DNA from: Bacteroidota bacterium
GTDB taxonomy: Bacteria > Bacteroidota > Bacteroidia > Chitinophagales > BACL12
Length of the DNA: 64,000 bases
Assembly (NCBI GenBank): GCA_016706255.1
Contig: JADJJZ010000006.1
Span: 486,022 to 550,021, forward strand
Direction of reading: 5' to 3'
The notes beneath the pieces are model-generated. The model made no database searches. It had not been told where the DNA came from and was given only the letters and a program-made list of their open reading frames with translations. The translations under genes and the position numbers were made by a program. This document shows positions 31,493 to 43,604 of the stretch, in pieces (the first letter of the stretch is position 1; each line of letters opens with the position of its first letter).

Positions 31493-31647
31493 ACCAATCG
31501 AACTGCCGATTTTGAGTAATCATTTCATACGAAGCTCCGTAGGGGCTGACCCATTTGTCAGCCCAATGTGCTGCAAACCTGATAATTTGCTTATGTGGCA
31601 ACCTCGGTGGCTGCTGTTCGAACAGCCGAATTTGAGCACGATTGTCC
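31493..31647 (+). repeat. 155-bp direct repeat, copy 1
   Basis: Matches 43286-43440 with about 9 mismatches by eye. Contains GAACAGCCGATTTTGAG at both ends and the hairpin AGCTCCGTAGGGGCT. Confidence 0.9.
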
Positions 31648-31701
31648 AAGCCATTTGTATTTTGATTATTCTGCATCAAAAAATATAATGCTACCTTTGA
31701 T

Positions 31702-33069
31702 TTGGAATTTTTAAAACAGGAAGTGAAACAAGTTTTAATTATAGACGACGAAGAGAAACTACGGTTGTTGCTGGCAAGAATTATCGGCCTGGAAGGATTC
31801 GATGTTATTCATGCAGGTGATGCGAAATCGGCGTGGAAAAAATTAGAACAGCATGATATAAATGTTGTGCTCTGTGATGTAAAGTTGCCAGACGATAATG
31901 GTGTAGACCTGTCAAAAAAAATTAAAGAGAAATACCCACTTATCGAAATTATTTTACTTACTGCCTATGGCACAATTTCCGATGGCGTTCAGGCCATTAA
32001 AAATGGTGCATTCGATTACATTACAAAAGGTGATGATAATAATAGAATCGTCCCGCTTTTAAATCGTGCATTCGAAAAAGCAGAATTGGCACAACGTGTT
32101 CAGCAGCTTTCAAAACAATTAGCCAACACATATTCCTTCGAAAATATAATTGGTCAATCAAAACTAATTACCGATGCCATTGCCCTGGCAAAAAAAGTTG
32201 CGCCCACCGATACAACTGTTTTGTTAACCGGAGAAACCGGCACAGGAAAAGAAATTTTTGCTCAGGCTATTCATCAGGCAAGCCCGCGTTGTAAACATAA
32301 TTTTGTTGCTGTTAACTGTTCAGCATTTAGTAAAGAATTGTTGGAAAGTGAAATGTTTGGGCATAAAGCAGGTGCATTTACAGGGGCGATTAAAGACCAG
32401 AAAGGTTTATTCGCCGAAGCAAATAACGGGACTATATTTTTGGATGAAATTGGTGAATTAGCTTTAGACCTGCAGGCGAAATTATTACGTGTACTTGAAA
32501 CAGGAGAATTTATCCGCGTTGGTGATTCAAAGCCTACAAAAATTAACGTACGAATTATTTCTGCTACAAATCGTGACCTGCAAAAGGAAATAAGTGCAGG
32601 AAATTTCAGACAGGATTTGTTTTATCGGATTTCCGTTTTTGAAATTCACTTACCTCCGCTGCGTGAAAGAATTGCAGATATTCCCTTATTTGTCCGACAT
32701 TTTTTAACCTTATTTGCAGGCAAATCTGGCAAAAAAATAAATACTGCTTCCCAACAATTTATTGATGCATTAAAACAACATGAATGGCAGGGTAATATTC
32801 GTGAGTTGAAGAACATAATTGAACGTTGCGTTATATTAACTGACGATAGTGAGTTAAATCTAGTCAGTTTGCCAACAGAATTTAGAGAAAAACTAGTGCA
32901 TCATGAAGCAGGTAAACAATTATCCGCATTTGATTTGGCCAGTGCAGAAAAAATACATATCCAAAAGGTTTTAAATTACACAAATGGCAATAAAACAAAA
33001 ACTGCAGAATTACTCAATATTGCCTTAACTACCCTATACAGAAAGATTACCGAATACGGTTTAGAATAA
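31702..33069 (+). CDS. Sigma-54-dependent response regulator (NtrC family)
   Basis: Receiver domain, AAA+ core (GETGTGKE, GAFTGA, ESELFGH-like) and C-terminal Fis-type HTH. TTG start in the ORF track. Confidence 0.9.
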   Translation: MEFLKQEVKQVLIIDDEEKLRLLLARIIGLEGFDVIHAGDAKSAWKKLEQHDINVVLCDVKLPDDNGVDLSKKIKEKYPLIEIILLTAYGTISDGVQAIKNGAFDYITKGDDNNRIVPLLNRAFEKAELAQRVQQLSKQLANTYSFENIIGQSKLITDAIALAKKVAPTDTTVLLTGETGTGKEIFAQAIHQASPRCKHNFVAVNCSAFSKELLESEMFGHKAGAFTGAIKDQKGLFAEANNGTIFLDEIGELALDLQAKLLRVLETGEFIRVGDSKPTKINVRIISATNRDLQKEISAGNFRQDLFYRISVFEIHLPPLRERIADIPLFVRHFLTLFAGKSGKKINTASQQFIDALKQHEWQGNIRELKNIIERCVILTDDSELNLVSLPTEFREKLVHHEAGKQLSAFDLASAEKIHIQKVLNYTNGNKTKTAELLNIALTTLYRKITEYGLE

Positions 33070-33095
33070 ACTACCCTTTCAAAACGCTATGCTGC

Positions 33096-33122
33096 ACCCT
33101 GTCGAAACGATAGGGTTTTTTA
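33096..33122 (+). terminator. Rho-independent terminator candidate
   Basis: ACCCTGTCG-AAA-CGATAGGGT followed by TTTTTT, 27 nt after the regulator stop. Confidence 0.5.
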
Positions 33123-33321
33123 ATTTAAATTTTATTGTAAAAACTTCAAACCCACGCTAAGTAAGGGTTTTGGCGGATGTGCATTTTGCGGAACAAGAAT
33201 TGAAACATCTGTTTCGAAATCAAAATATTTTTTATGGATATGTTGTTTTTTATTGGATTGGGCATATTGATTTATGCCGTTTTCTACAAATTTATTAATT
33301 GGTTCGAAAAAATTTGATGTT

Positions 33322-33399
33322 ATGATCATATTATTAATTATTGCGATTTGCGTATTTGGATATATGTGCTATGTGCTTATTAAACCTGAAAAATTTTAA
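33322..33399 (+). CDS. kdpF: K+-transporting ATPase subunit F (small hydrophobic peptide)
   Basis: 25-aa ORF MIILLIIAICVFGYMCYVLIKPEKF, ending 4 nt before the kdpA ATG. Not in the ORF track because it is under 60 aa. Confidence 0.6.
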   Translation: MIILLIIAICVFGYMCYVLIKPEKF

Positions 33400-33403
33400 T
33401 GCT

Positions 33404-35107
33404 ATGAACTCTGAACTTATAGGCGTAATTAGTATGTATGGTATTGCCATTATTTTGGCGATACTGCTAGGAAAATATATCGGCAAGATTTTCAACTATG
33501 AAAAAACTTGGTTGGATAAACTGTTTAATCCACTTGATAAATTGTTTTTCAAACTCAGTGGCATTGATCCATTAAATCCAATGAACTGGAAGCAACACCT
33601 TTCAGCATTACTTACAATCAACCTGATTTGGTTTATTATATGTATGCTCGTTTTAACCAATATGCATTGGTTGCCACTAAATCCGGATCAAAATCCAAGT
33701 ATGAAAGCTGATTTGGCGTTTAACACTGCTGTCAGTTTTGTTACAAATACAAATCTTCAACATTATTCCGGAGAAACCGGCTTGTCGTATTTCGGCCAAT
33801 TAATTTTAATGTTATGGCAATTTATCAGCGCTGCAACGGGAATTGCAATTTGTGCAGTTGTTTTTCATGCCATGAAAGAAAGAACCGCCGCTAACCTCGG
33901 CAACTTTTATTCTTTTTTTGTAAGGAGTGCTACGCGTATTTTATTTCCTATTGCATTTGTAGTAGCTGTTTTATTAATATTAAACGGCACACCAATGACC
34001 TTTAACGGAAAGGATACAATTACCACTGTGGAAGGCAACGAGCAACAAATTAGTCAGGGACCTGTTGCTGCTTTTGTTGCTATAAAACAAATAGGAACAA
34101 ATGGAGGAGGTTTTTATGGACCAAATTCTGCAAACCCGATGGAGAACCCGAATTACCTGACCAATTTCATCGAAAATGTGTCAATTATTTTAATTCCGAT
34201 AGCTATGATATTTGCTATGGGCCATGTTTTACGCAGGAAAAAATTGGCATGGACAATTATGGGTGTAATGACATTCGGATTTTTAATGCTGGCAATACCT
34301 ACAATCAATTTTGAAATGCATGGTAACCCGGAAATAACAGAAATGGGAATAAATCAGTCGTTGGGTAGTATGGAGGGAAAAGAAGTGCGATTTGGTTCGG
34401 CGGCTTCTGCTTTTTGGGCAACAAGTACCACCGCAACCAGTAATGGATCAGTAAATTCGATGCACGATAGTATGACACCACTAACCGGATTAACCACTTT
34501 ATTAGGTATGATGATTAATTGTTTTTATGGTGGGGTAGGCGTTGGGTTTTTAAACTTTTACATTTTTATAATTCTTGCAGTATTTATCAGTGGTTTAATG
34601 GTTGGCAGAACACCCGAATTTTTAGGTAAAAAAATCGAAGCGCGGGAAATGAAAATAGCAATGATAATTGCGCTGTTACATCCGTTTTTAATATTGGTTG
34701 CAACTGCAATTTCAAGCTTTTTATATATGTCGGATCCCGTTGCATATGCCGGATGGTTAAACAACCCCGGATTTCACGGGTTTAGCGAAATGTTGTATGA
34801 ATTTACATCCTCAAGCGCTAATAATGGCAGTGGTTTTGAAGGCTTGGGCGACAACACACCGTTTTGGAATATTGCCTGTGGAATTGTCATGTTACTGGCA
34901 AGGTATTTACCTATTATCGGACCTGTAGCCATTGCAGGAATTTTGTATCAAAAAAAATATATCCCGGAAAGCAACGGTACCTTAAAAACCGATACCACTA
35001 CATTCGGTCTTTTAGTTTTTGCTATTATTTCAATAGTTGCAGCACTTGCATTTTTTCCGGTGCTCACACTTGGACCAATAGCAGAATATTTTTCAATGAT
35101 TAAATAA
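33404..35107 (+). CDS. kdpA: K+-transporting ATPase subunit A
   Basis: Full-length polytopic KdpA (…NTNLQHYSGE…, …GTNGGGF…). Start at MNSELIG. Confidence 0.9.
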   Translation: MNSELIGVISMYGIAIILAILLGKYIGKIFNYEKTWLDKLFNPLDKLFFKLSGIDPLNPMNWKQHLSALLTINLIWFIICMLVLTNMHWLPLNPDQNPSMKADLAFNTAVSFVTNTNLQHYSGETGLSYFGQLILMLWQFISAATGIAICAVVFHAMKERTAANLGNFYSFFVRSATRILFPIAFVVAVLLILNGTPMTFNGKDTITTVEGNEQQISQGPVAAFVAIKQIGTNGGGFYGPNSANPMENPNYLTNFIENVSIILIPIAMIFAMGHVLRRKKLAWTIMGVMTFGFLMLAIPTINFEMHGNPEITEMGINQSLGSMEGKEVRFGSAASAFWATSTTATSNGSVNSMHDSMTPLTGLTTLLGMMINCFYGGVGVGFLNFYIFIILAVFISGLMVGRTPEFLGKKIEAREMKIAMIIALLHPFLILVATAISSFLYMSDPVAYAGWLNNPGFHGFSEMLYEFTSSSANNGSGFEGLGDNTPFWNIACGIVMLLARYLPIIGPVAIAGILYQKKYIPESNGTLKTDTTTFGLLVFAIISIVAALAFFPVLTLGPIAEYFSMIK

Positions 35108-35115
35108 TTATAGAT

Positions 35116-37146
35116 ATGAAAAAGAATAATTCATTATTTCAAAAAGAAATTATTGCATCTGCTTTTAAACAGGCATTTGTAAAATTGAATCCCAAGATGA
35201 TGTTGCGAAATCCTGTAATGTTTACTGTAGAAATAGGAACAGCAATCATGTTTGGTGTTTGTTTGTGGATTATTTCAGGCGAACAATCACAGGGAAGTTT
35301 AATATATAATTGCATTGTATTTTTAGTATTATTCTTAACCTTATTGTTTGCCAATTTTGCAGAAGCAATTGCAGAAGCAAGAGGCAAAGCCCAAGCAGAC
35401 AGTTTGAGGAAAACACGCGAAGAAACACCCGCACGAAAAATGCCCGGTATTGGTAAAATATTTTCTGATGAAGTGGAAATTATTCCCTCTTCTCAATTAA
35501 AAAAGGTGATTTGTTTTATTGTGAAGCCGGAGATATTATCCAATAGACGGTGAAATTGTTGTGGGTCTCGCTACAATAGATGAAAGTGCTATTACAGGTG
35601 AAAGTGCTCCTGTTATTCGTGAAGCCGGTGGTGATAAAAGTTCTGTTACCGGCGGAACTAAAGTTTTATCTGACAGTATTCAGGTTCGTGTTACAACGGA
35701 TCCGGGTGAAAGTTTTTTAGATAAAATGATTGCCCTCGTTGAAGGTGCCAGCCGCCAGAAAACACCAAACGAAATTGCATTAACTATTTTACTAGCCGGA
35801 TTTACATTAGTATTTATTATAGTAACAGTAACATTAAAACCTTTTGCCGATTACGCAAACACACCAATTACTATTGCTGCATTTATTTCATTGTTTGTCT
35901 GCCTTATTCCAACTACCATAGGAGGTTTACTTTCAGCCATTGGTATTGCAGGAATGGACCGTGCATTGCGGGCTAACGTAATTACAAAAAGCGGAAAAGC
36001 TGTTGAAACTGCAGGTGATATTGATGTGTTATTGCTGGATAAAACCGGAACAATAACCATTGGTAACCGAAAAGCTACACATTTATATCCGGCAAAAGGT
36101 ATAGATGAAAAACACTTTATTAAATCGGTTGTGCTCAGTTCGTTAAGTGATGATACACCTGAAGGTAAATCAATAATTGAGTTGGCTGGATTAAAAACAA
36201 CTGATTTAAATCCGGAAAATCCGCGATTTATAAAATTTACGGCAGAAACAAGAAGTTCAGGAGTTGATTTTGGAAATACCAGAATCAGAAAAGGTGCATT
36301 TGATGCAATTAAAAAATTAACTGAAAGTGCAGGCAATATTTTTCCTGAAGATATTCATGCTATCGTTACTACAATTTCCAGTAATGGCGGCACACCATTA
36401 GTTGTTGCAGAAAATGAAAAAATTATTGGTGTAATAGAATTACAGGATATCATTAAAACAGGTATTAAAGAACGTTTTGAGCGCCTGCATAAAATGGGTA
36501 TCAAAACTGTAATGGTAACAGGCGACAATCCCTTAACCGCAAAGTACATTGCTGAAAAAGCCGGTGTTGATGATTTTATTGCAGAGGCAAAACCTGAAGA
36601 TAAAATGAATTACATTCGCGCCGAACAGGCAAATGGCCGTTTGGTTGCCATGATGGGCGATGGTACAAATGATGCACCCGCTTTAGCACAGGCCGATGTT
36701 GGTGTTGCCATGAACAGCGGAACACAAGCCGCAAAGAAGCAGGCAATATGGTTGATTTGGATAATGATCCAACCAAATTAATTGAGGTTGTAGAAATTGG
36801 AAAACAATTGTTAATGACCAGAGTACTCACTACATTTAGTATTGCAAACGATGTGGCAAAATATTTTGCAATTATTCCGGCTTTATTTATTGTGGCTATA
36901 CCTTCTTTGCAAAGCCTAAATATCATGCAATTATATAGCCCCGAAAGTGCAATTTTATCAGCAATAATATTTAATGCAATTATTATCCCATTACTTATTC
37001 CGTTGGCACTAAAAGGCGTTGCATATAAACCGATTGGCGCAAGTGCACTACTGCGTAGAAATTTATTAATATATGGATTAGGAGGAGTGTTGGTGCCTTT
37101 TATCGGTATTAAATTAATTGATATGGTAGTTGCTTTAATCATATAA
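35116..37146 (+). pseudogene. kdpB: K+-transporting ATPase subunit B, two frameshifts
   Basis: Three ORF pieces: 35116-35553, 35561-36781, 36748-37146. DKTGTIT and [12 protein letters not shown] motifs are present. The frame is restored by adding one A to the A-runs at 35499-35504 and 36733-36735. Confidence 0.9.
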
Positions 37147-37156
37147 AATAAAAAAA

Positions 37157-37707
37157 ATGAAAAATAATTTAATTCCTGCTATTCGATTAACACTTGTTTG
37201 TCTGGTGTTTTTCTGCGGCTTTTATACACTTTCTTTATTGGGAATTGCAAAAATTGCTCCCGACAATTTAACCTTTTCGAAAAATGAAAACGGTTATTAT
37301 CAAAACGTAGGACAAAGTTTTACGGATGATAAATATTTTTATTCACGCCCATCAGCTGTAAATTATAATGCTGCCGGTTCCGGTGGTAGTAATAAAGGCC
37401 AACCAATCCTGATTATTTGGCTTTGGTTGAAGCCAGAATAGACATTTTTTTAGTGCATAATCCGGATGTAAAAAAAGAAGACATACCTGCTGACCTAGTA
37501 ACTGCAAGTGGAAGCGGAATTGATCCGCATATTTCGGTACAAGCAGCACAAGTCCAAATAAAAAGAATTGCTAAGATTCGAAATGTAGATGAGGCAACTT
37601 TACATACTTTAGTAAACGATGCTATTGAACGCCCTTTATTAGGGTTATTTGGCCCGGAGAAAATTAATGTGACTAAATTAAATTTAACATTAGATAATTT
37701 AAAATAA
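37157..37707 (+). pseudogene. kdpC: K+-transporting ATPase subunit C, one frameshift
   Basis: Two pieces. Reading GSGGSNKG-PTNPDYLALVEARI is restored by one extra C at 37399-37400. Confidence 0.85.
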
Positions 37708-37712
37708 TTAAT

Positions 37713-38888
37713 ATGAAACGATTAGTAACTTTAAAAGTTGTGTTTATAAGTTGTTTAATAATATGTAATTTTTACTGAAGTGCACAGGACCAGGGCGCGG
37801 AATTAGTTTCAAATAATTTTAATCAACAACCGGACAGTCTCAACGTTGATTCTATAAATGCTATTCAAACAGAGGTTATTCCAAATAAAGGTAATTTATC
37901 GGGCTATTTGGAGGTTTATTATGGTTATGACTTTAGTAACCCTGAGAATCATACAAGGCCTTCTTTTGTTTATTCTCATAACAGACATAATGAAGTAAAT
38001 TTGAATTTGGGATTAATTAAATATAATTACACGAGTAATTTAGTTCGGTCAAATTTTGCCCTGATGGCTGGGACATATGCTAATGCAAACCTTGCAGCGG
38101 AACCTGGTGTACTCAAAAATATTTATGAAGCTAATGTGGGTGTAAAAATTAGTAAAAAAAATGAAATTTGGGTTGATGCCGGTATTATGCCTTCACATAT
38201 TGGGTTTGAAAGTGCCATAAGTAAAGATTGTTGGAATCTTACCCGTAGTTTACTGGCAGAAAATTCTCCATATTATGAAAGTGGTGTAAAAATTTCTTAC
38301 ACGAACAAAAGCCAAAAATTGTTCTTAAGTGGATTATTGCTTAACGGATGGCAACGTATGCAACGTGTTAATGGTTACAATGTACCTGCGTTTGGTCATC
38401 AGTTAACCTATAAACCTAATGATAAAATAACATTAAACAGCAGTTCATTTATTGGCAGTGATTTGCCCGACAGTTTAAAAACAATACGTTATTTTCATAA
38501 TTTTTACGGATGGTTTAAGTTGAATCCTAAATTGGAGCTTATGGTGGGTTTCGACATTGGTGCAAATCACAAAAATTCGGACACTATGTTTACTCAAATT
38601 TGGTATTCACCGGTGCTGATTGCTAAAATTCCGGTTACAAAAAATATGACTATAGCAGCAAGAGCTGAATATTATAGTGATAAAAACGAAGTGATTATTG
38701 CAACAGGAACAGCAAATGGATTTCAAACATTTGGGTATTCGGTAAATTTGGATTACCTTATTGCAGACTTAATGTTATGGCGAATGGAAGTAAGAGGTTT
38801 GCAAAGTAAGGACAGTATATTTTATGCAGAAGATAAATTGGTAAATACTAATTATTTTATAACAAGCTCACTGGCTATTTCATTTTAA
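37713..38888 (+). pseudogene. kdp-associated outer-membrane porin-like protein with in-frame TGA after the signal peptide
   Basis: MKRLVTLKVVFISCLIICNFY-TGA(37776-37778)-SAQDQG... is continuous with ORF 37908-38888. Beta-barrel-like alternating pattern ending ...SLAISF. Confidence 0.6.
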
Positions 38889-40013
38889 ATGGCAGATAAA
38901 GAAAACACCGTTCAGCATTTTCTCGACCTGATTAAAAAATCGAGGCGCGGGAAATTTAAAATCTATATCGGCATGAGCGCCGGTGTAGGTAAAACATATC
39001 GTATGTTGCAGGAGGCGCATACTTTACTGAAAAGTGGTATCGATGTAAAAATCGGTTACATTGAAACACATTCCAGAAAAGAAACACACGACTTATTGCT
39101 CGGACTGCCCTTAGTGCCCAGAAGAAAAATATTTTACAAGGGTAAAGAACTCGAAGAAATGGATGTGCAGGCAATTATTAATCTGCGACCTGAAGTTGTT
39201 ATTGTTGATGAACTGGCGCATACCAATGTAGAAGGCAGTAAAAATGAAAAACGCTGGCAAGATGTAATGGATATTCTTGCAGCTGGAATAAACGTAATTT
39301 CGGCCTTAAATATTCAGCATATAGAAAGTTTGAATGAAGAAGTTAAAGGCATTACCGGTATTGAGATAAAAGAAAGAGTCCCTGATAGTGTTTTGGCTCA
39401 GGCCGATGAAGTGGTTAACATTGATTTAACTGCCGACGAATTAATTACAAGACTTAAAGAAGGAAAAATTTACCAGGCGGAAAAAATTGAACTGGCCTTA
39501 CAAAATTTTTTTAAAAGTGACCATATCCTTCAATTAAGAGAATTAGCTTTGAAAGAGGTTGCCTCGCAGGTTGAACGCAAAGTGGAAACCGAAGTAACCC
39601 GATCAAATGTATTAAAACATGAACGGTTTATGGCTTGTATCAGCAGTAATGAACTCACAGCAAAAACGGTAATTCGGAAAACAGCAAGGCTGGCGAATTA
39701 TTATAATAGTAAATGGTATACGCTATATGTTCAAACGCCTAAGGAAAAAGCGGATAAAATTCCACTCGACAAACAGCGACACCTGATTAATAATTTTAAA
39801 TTAGCTACAGAACTGGGGGCGGAAATTATTAAAGTGGAAAATATTTCCATATCGAGAGCCATTATAGAACAGGCTGTAGAACGAAATATCACCACAATTT
39901 GTATCGGGAAACCACATTTAAATTTGTTAAAAATAATTTTGGCGACAAATGTGTTTAATGAACTTATTAAGAAGTTGTCGTCTAATGATATTGATATTGT
40001 AATTCTTTCATAA
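38889..40013 (+). CDS. kdpD: KdpD N-terminal sensor domain protein (KdpD-N plus USP-like)
   Basis: GKFKIYIGMSAGVGKTYRML P-loop, NIQHIESLN motif and C-terminal USP-like region. Confidence 0.85.
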   Translation: MADKENTVQHFLDLIKKSRRGKFKIYIGMSAGVGKTYRMLQEAHTLLKSGIDVKIGYIETHSRKETHDLLLGLPLVPRRKIFYKGKELEEMDVQAIINLRPEVVIVDELAHTNVEGSKNEKRWQDVMDILAAGINVISALNIQHIESLNEEVKGITGIEIKERVPDSVLAQADEVVNIDLTADELITRLKEGKIYQAEKIELALQNFFKSDHILQLRELALKEVASQVERKVETEVTRSNVLKHERFMACISSNELTAKTVIRKTARLANYYNSKWYTLYVQTPKEKADKIPLDKQRHLINNFKLATELGAEIIKVENISISRAIIEQAVERNITTICIGKPHLNLLKIILATNVFNELIKKLSSNDIDIVILS

Positions 40014-40014
40014 C

Positions 40015-41736
40015 ATGAAAATTAAAACTAAATTAAATTTAGGAGTCGGTGCCTTGTTTATGCTCATTTTATTATTGGGTATAGTTGGCGCTTTTAATAT
40101 CAACGCTTTAAAAAATGATACTGAAAAAATATTAACTGCTAATTATAACAGTTTGCAATATTGTCGAAACATGCTTGATTTGCTGGATGAACAAACTGAT
40201 GCAGGTTTTATGCTTTTTGAGTTTAATTTAAATAACCAGGAAGCGAATATTACTGAAACTGGTGAAGCAGAAGTAACCAAAAAATTGCGGACTGAATTTG
40301 AAAAACTGAAATCGAATCATACAGACAGTATTTCTGTATTGTTAATCCGGCAAAGTTTGTTTGAGATTATGGATATGAATATGCATGCCATTCAGTATAA
40401 AAGTGAAGTGGCAGCTAATACTGCCGGCAATGCGGTGCTGTGGATTGCAATTAGTGGCACATTGTGTTTTATTATTAGTTTTATTTTGCTGATTAACCTG
40501 CCTTCAAATATTGCTAATCCAATTCGGGAACTTACTGATAGTATAAAACAAATTGCCTCGGAAAATTATAAAGAACGTGTTCATTTTGAAAGTCATAACG
40601 AATTTGGGCAGTTGGCCAAATCGTTTAATACTATGGCTATGAAGCTGGAAGAATACAACAATAGTAATCTGGCTAAATTAATGATGGAAAAAACGCGTAT
40701 TGAAACACTCATTAACAATATGCATGACCCTGTTATTGGTTTGGATGAAAATTTGGTGATTCTGTTTGCAAATGAAGAAGCCATAAAAATTTCAGGATTA
40801 AGTTCAAACGATTTACTCGGTAAACGAAGAGTTGACCTGGCCGTTAAAAACGACCTTATAAGAACCCTGATTCAGGATTTAATGCAGGAAGACACACTTC
40901 GAAAAATCGAAACAAGCACCTATAAAAATTTATGCTCAAAACAAAGAAAGTTATTTTGAAAAAGAAAACCTTGCATATTAACATAACGCCAACAGGTGAG
41001 CAAGTTCCGCGGTTGGTTGGGCATGTAATATTTTAAGAAACGTGACCAATTATAAGGAAATGGATTATGCGAAAACCAATTTTATTGCCACTGTTTCACA
41101 TGAATTTAAAACACCGATTTCATCAATAAAAATGAGTTTACAATTATTGGAAAACGAAAAAACCGGTAAACTCAATGATGACCAGATTAATTTGCTCGAC
41201 AGTATCAGAGATGATGCCGACAGATTATTAAAATTACAGGTGAACTACTAAATATGTCGCAGGTTGAAAGTGGAAATATACAATTAGCAATAATTCCGGC
41301 CGGCCCGAAAGAAATTTTGATGTATGCAATTAATGCAACTAAAATACAGGCAGATCAAAAACATATTACCATTAAAATTGATTGTGATGAAGTGATAGAT
41401 AAAGTGCAGGCAGATCAGGATAAAACTGCCTGGGTATTAACCAATTTAATTTCCAATGCCATACGTTATTCGTATGAGCAATCAAGCATTTTTTATTTAT
41501 TAAACAAACACAATCGCATATTATTTTTACGGTAAAAGATACAGGCCAGGAATTGCCCTCAATATTTAAATAAAATATTTGATCGCTACTTCCGTGTTCC
41601 GGAACAAAAAAAGGGCACCGGCCTAGGTTTAGCAATCAGCAAAGAATTTATAGAAGCCCAAGGGGGTGGGATTTCGGTTGAAAGTGATTTTGGTTCTGGG
41701 AGCACTTTTACAGTGGTATTGAATAAAGCAAATTAA
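40015..41736 (+). pseudogene. Sensor histidine kinase (HAMP-PAS-HisKA-HATPase), at least 4 frame disruptions
   Basis: Pieces at 40015-40959, 41042-41251 ([13 protein letters not shown]-box), 41254-41535 (N-box LISNAIRYS), and a tail with [18 protein letters not shown] in another frame. Confidence 0.8.
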
Positions 41737-41940
41737 TGTGCTGATGTGCTAATGTGCGGATGTACTAATTGCACTGCGGTTCGGTATGATTCTCATTCAG
41801 AGCTCCGTTGGTAACAAATTATGTGCTTATGTGCTATGTTGGTGCTGATTAGCTGCAGATAGTTGCTTTTCAGTGAAGCCCTTAGGAAGTTAAAGACAGT
41901 TGGTGATGGTGGTTATAAATGCTAACATTTTTCGAGTCGA

Positions 41941-43010
41941 TTAAAAATCAATAATGTTAAAATAGTTCATCAGATGTTGCCTAATCATGCCTGATATTGT
42001 AGAATAAGCCCAATGCTTATTTCCTGTTTGGTTAACTGTTTTTTGTATTATTCTCACTAATAAATCACATATCAAAGTTGCCCATATTTGTATTTCTATT
42101 GCATTGGGATTATCGCCTAAAAAATATTTTAATGGATAACGTTGTTTTATGCGCTTGAATAATGTTTCAATTTGCCATCTGCGCTTATACAAGTCTGCAA
42201 TGACTTCCGGATCGCTAGTAATCATTACAAACAAATTGAAACATGCGTTGCTTTTCCTCATCCCAAAATTCAACTACTCGGGCTTTAATTAAGGATTTTT
42301 TCGATTACTTGGCCGACCTAATTCCACATAATTATCAGAGCGGACACCTGAGTCATAGGCTGCTTCCGACACAGGGCGGCACCAGCACTTTTACAGAAGC
42401 ATCCTTTTAAGTCGGCTTACCCATCTAATACCGTGATTACCCCATTCAGCGAACTGCTTGTAATTGGTGTAGGCTTTATCAAACAACACAGTAGAGTTAT
42501 CAGGCACTTTAAGTTGGTGTAAGAAAGTTAAATCATGTTCTTTGGCTTCACTAAAAAACAAATGCAGGTAAATCATGTTTGGCATTTATCATCACAGTGC
42601 GCTTTAACACCACCTCTTTTTCCATTTTTGTTTAGCGGACGGCACCGCGCATCACTGAATTAAAGAGACTAAATGTTGTTGAATCGATGAAAATAAGTCA
42701 TCATCGATATTTAATGGACGGCGGCTGTCCGGTAAACCGAAATAGGTATCATAAAGCATGTGATACACACTTTCGAAGAATTTGGCAGGACGGCGTTGAT
42801 TTGCTTCTGATAACGCAATTTTTGTGTATCAGCAACCCTAAATGATTGGAGTTTATTTAGGCCGTAACCCCATTCCTGTAGTGATTTCACGCAAATTGGT
42901 GGCATTGAAAAAGCCATAACATCGTGATCAAATGGTCATATGCCATAAATTTCTTGCAATATCGATTTGCATTATGCTAGACAAACGCTCGATTTGTGCC
43001 CGGGTATTAG
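41941..43010 (-). mobile_element. IS4-family (DDE_Tnp_1) transposase remnant, multiply frameshifted
   Basis: Fragments at 42711-42917, 42391-42585 (DKAYTNYKQFAEWGNHGIRWVSRLK) and 41941-42273 (KRRWQIETLFKRIKQ). The GGCTGTCCGGTAAA motif recurs at about 42723 and 43028, and inverted at about 43141-43158. Confidence 0.75.
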
Positions 43011-43285
43011 AAGTAGTTGATTGAATACCGGCTGTCCGGTAAAAAAAGTACCTTTGCGCATAAGTTTAGTTTTTGGTCGCAAATCAAAACTAACACTTAT
43101 TGGGAGTTCTTCGGAGCTCCCTTTTTATTTATTATTATTTTTTACCGGACAACAGTGATGTACCAATGTGCAAATGGAACAGCCGGATTTAGAGTAAGAT
43201 TTTCATACGAAGCTCCGTTGGGAGCTATAAAAAATTAATTGCTGCTGTGCAAATTGAGCAGCCGGAGAATGCCCAATGTGCGGAT

Positions 43286-43440
43286 ACCAATGGAACAGCC
43301 GATTTTGAGTAATCATTTCATACGAAGCTCCGTAGGGGCTGACCCATGTGTCTGCCCAATGTGCTTCAAACCTGATAATTTGCTAATGTGGCAACCTCGT
43401 TGACTGCTGTTCGAACAGCCGATTTTGAGCACGATTGTCC
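43286..43440 (+). repeat. 155-bp direct repeat, copy 2
   Basis: See 31493-31647. A partial third core lies at about 43170-43225 and a diverged core at about 41780-41830. Confidence 0.9.
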
Positions 43441-43604
43441 TCTAACCTCCGAACCCCATCAGCTAATTTGCTAATCGGCTAATTTGCTAATTAACTAATG
43501 TGTCTCCACGTCAACTAATTGGCAAGCAGCCAATTATAAGCATGATTGTCCTCTAACCTCTGAACCCCATCAGCTAATTTGCTAATCAACTAATTTGCTA
43601 ATTA
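43433..43604 (+). repeat. Two 61-bp direct repeats with CTAATTTGCTAAT low-complexity motif
   Basis: GATTGTCCTCTAACCTC(C/T)GAACCCCATCAGCTAATTTGCTAATC..CTAATTTGCTAATTA at 43433-43493 and 43544-43604. Confidence 0.85.

Noticed and set aside
33160-33200. Sigma-54 promoter upstream of kdpF (TGGCGGATGTGCATTTTGC), expected because a sigma54-dependent regulator precedes the kdp genes
   Set aside because: The GG-to-GC spacing is 11 or 14 nt depending on which GG is used, not the canonical 10. I could not find a better TGGCAC-N5-TTGC match in 33130-33320, so no promoter is called.
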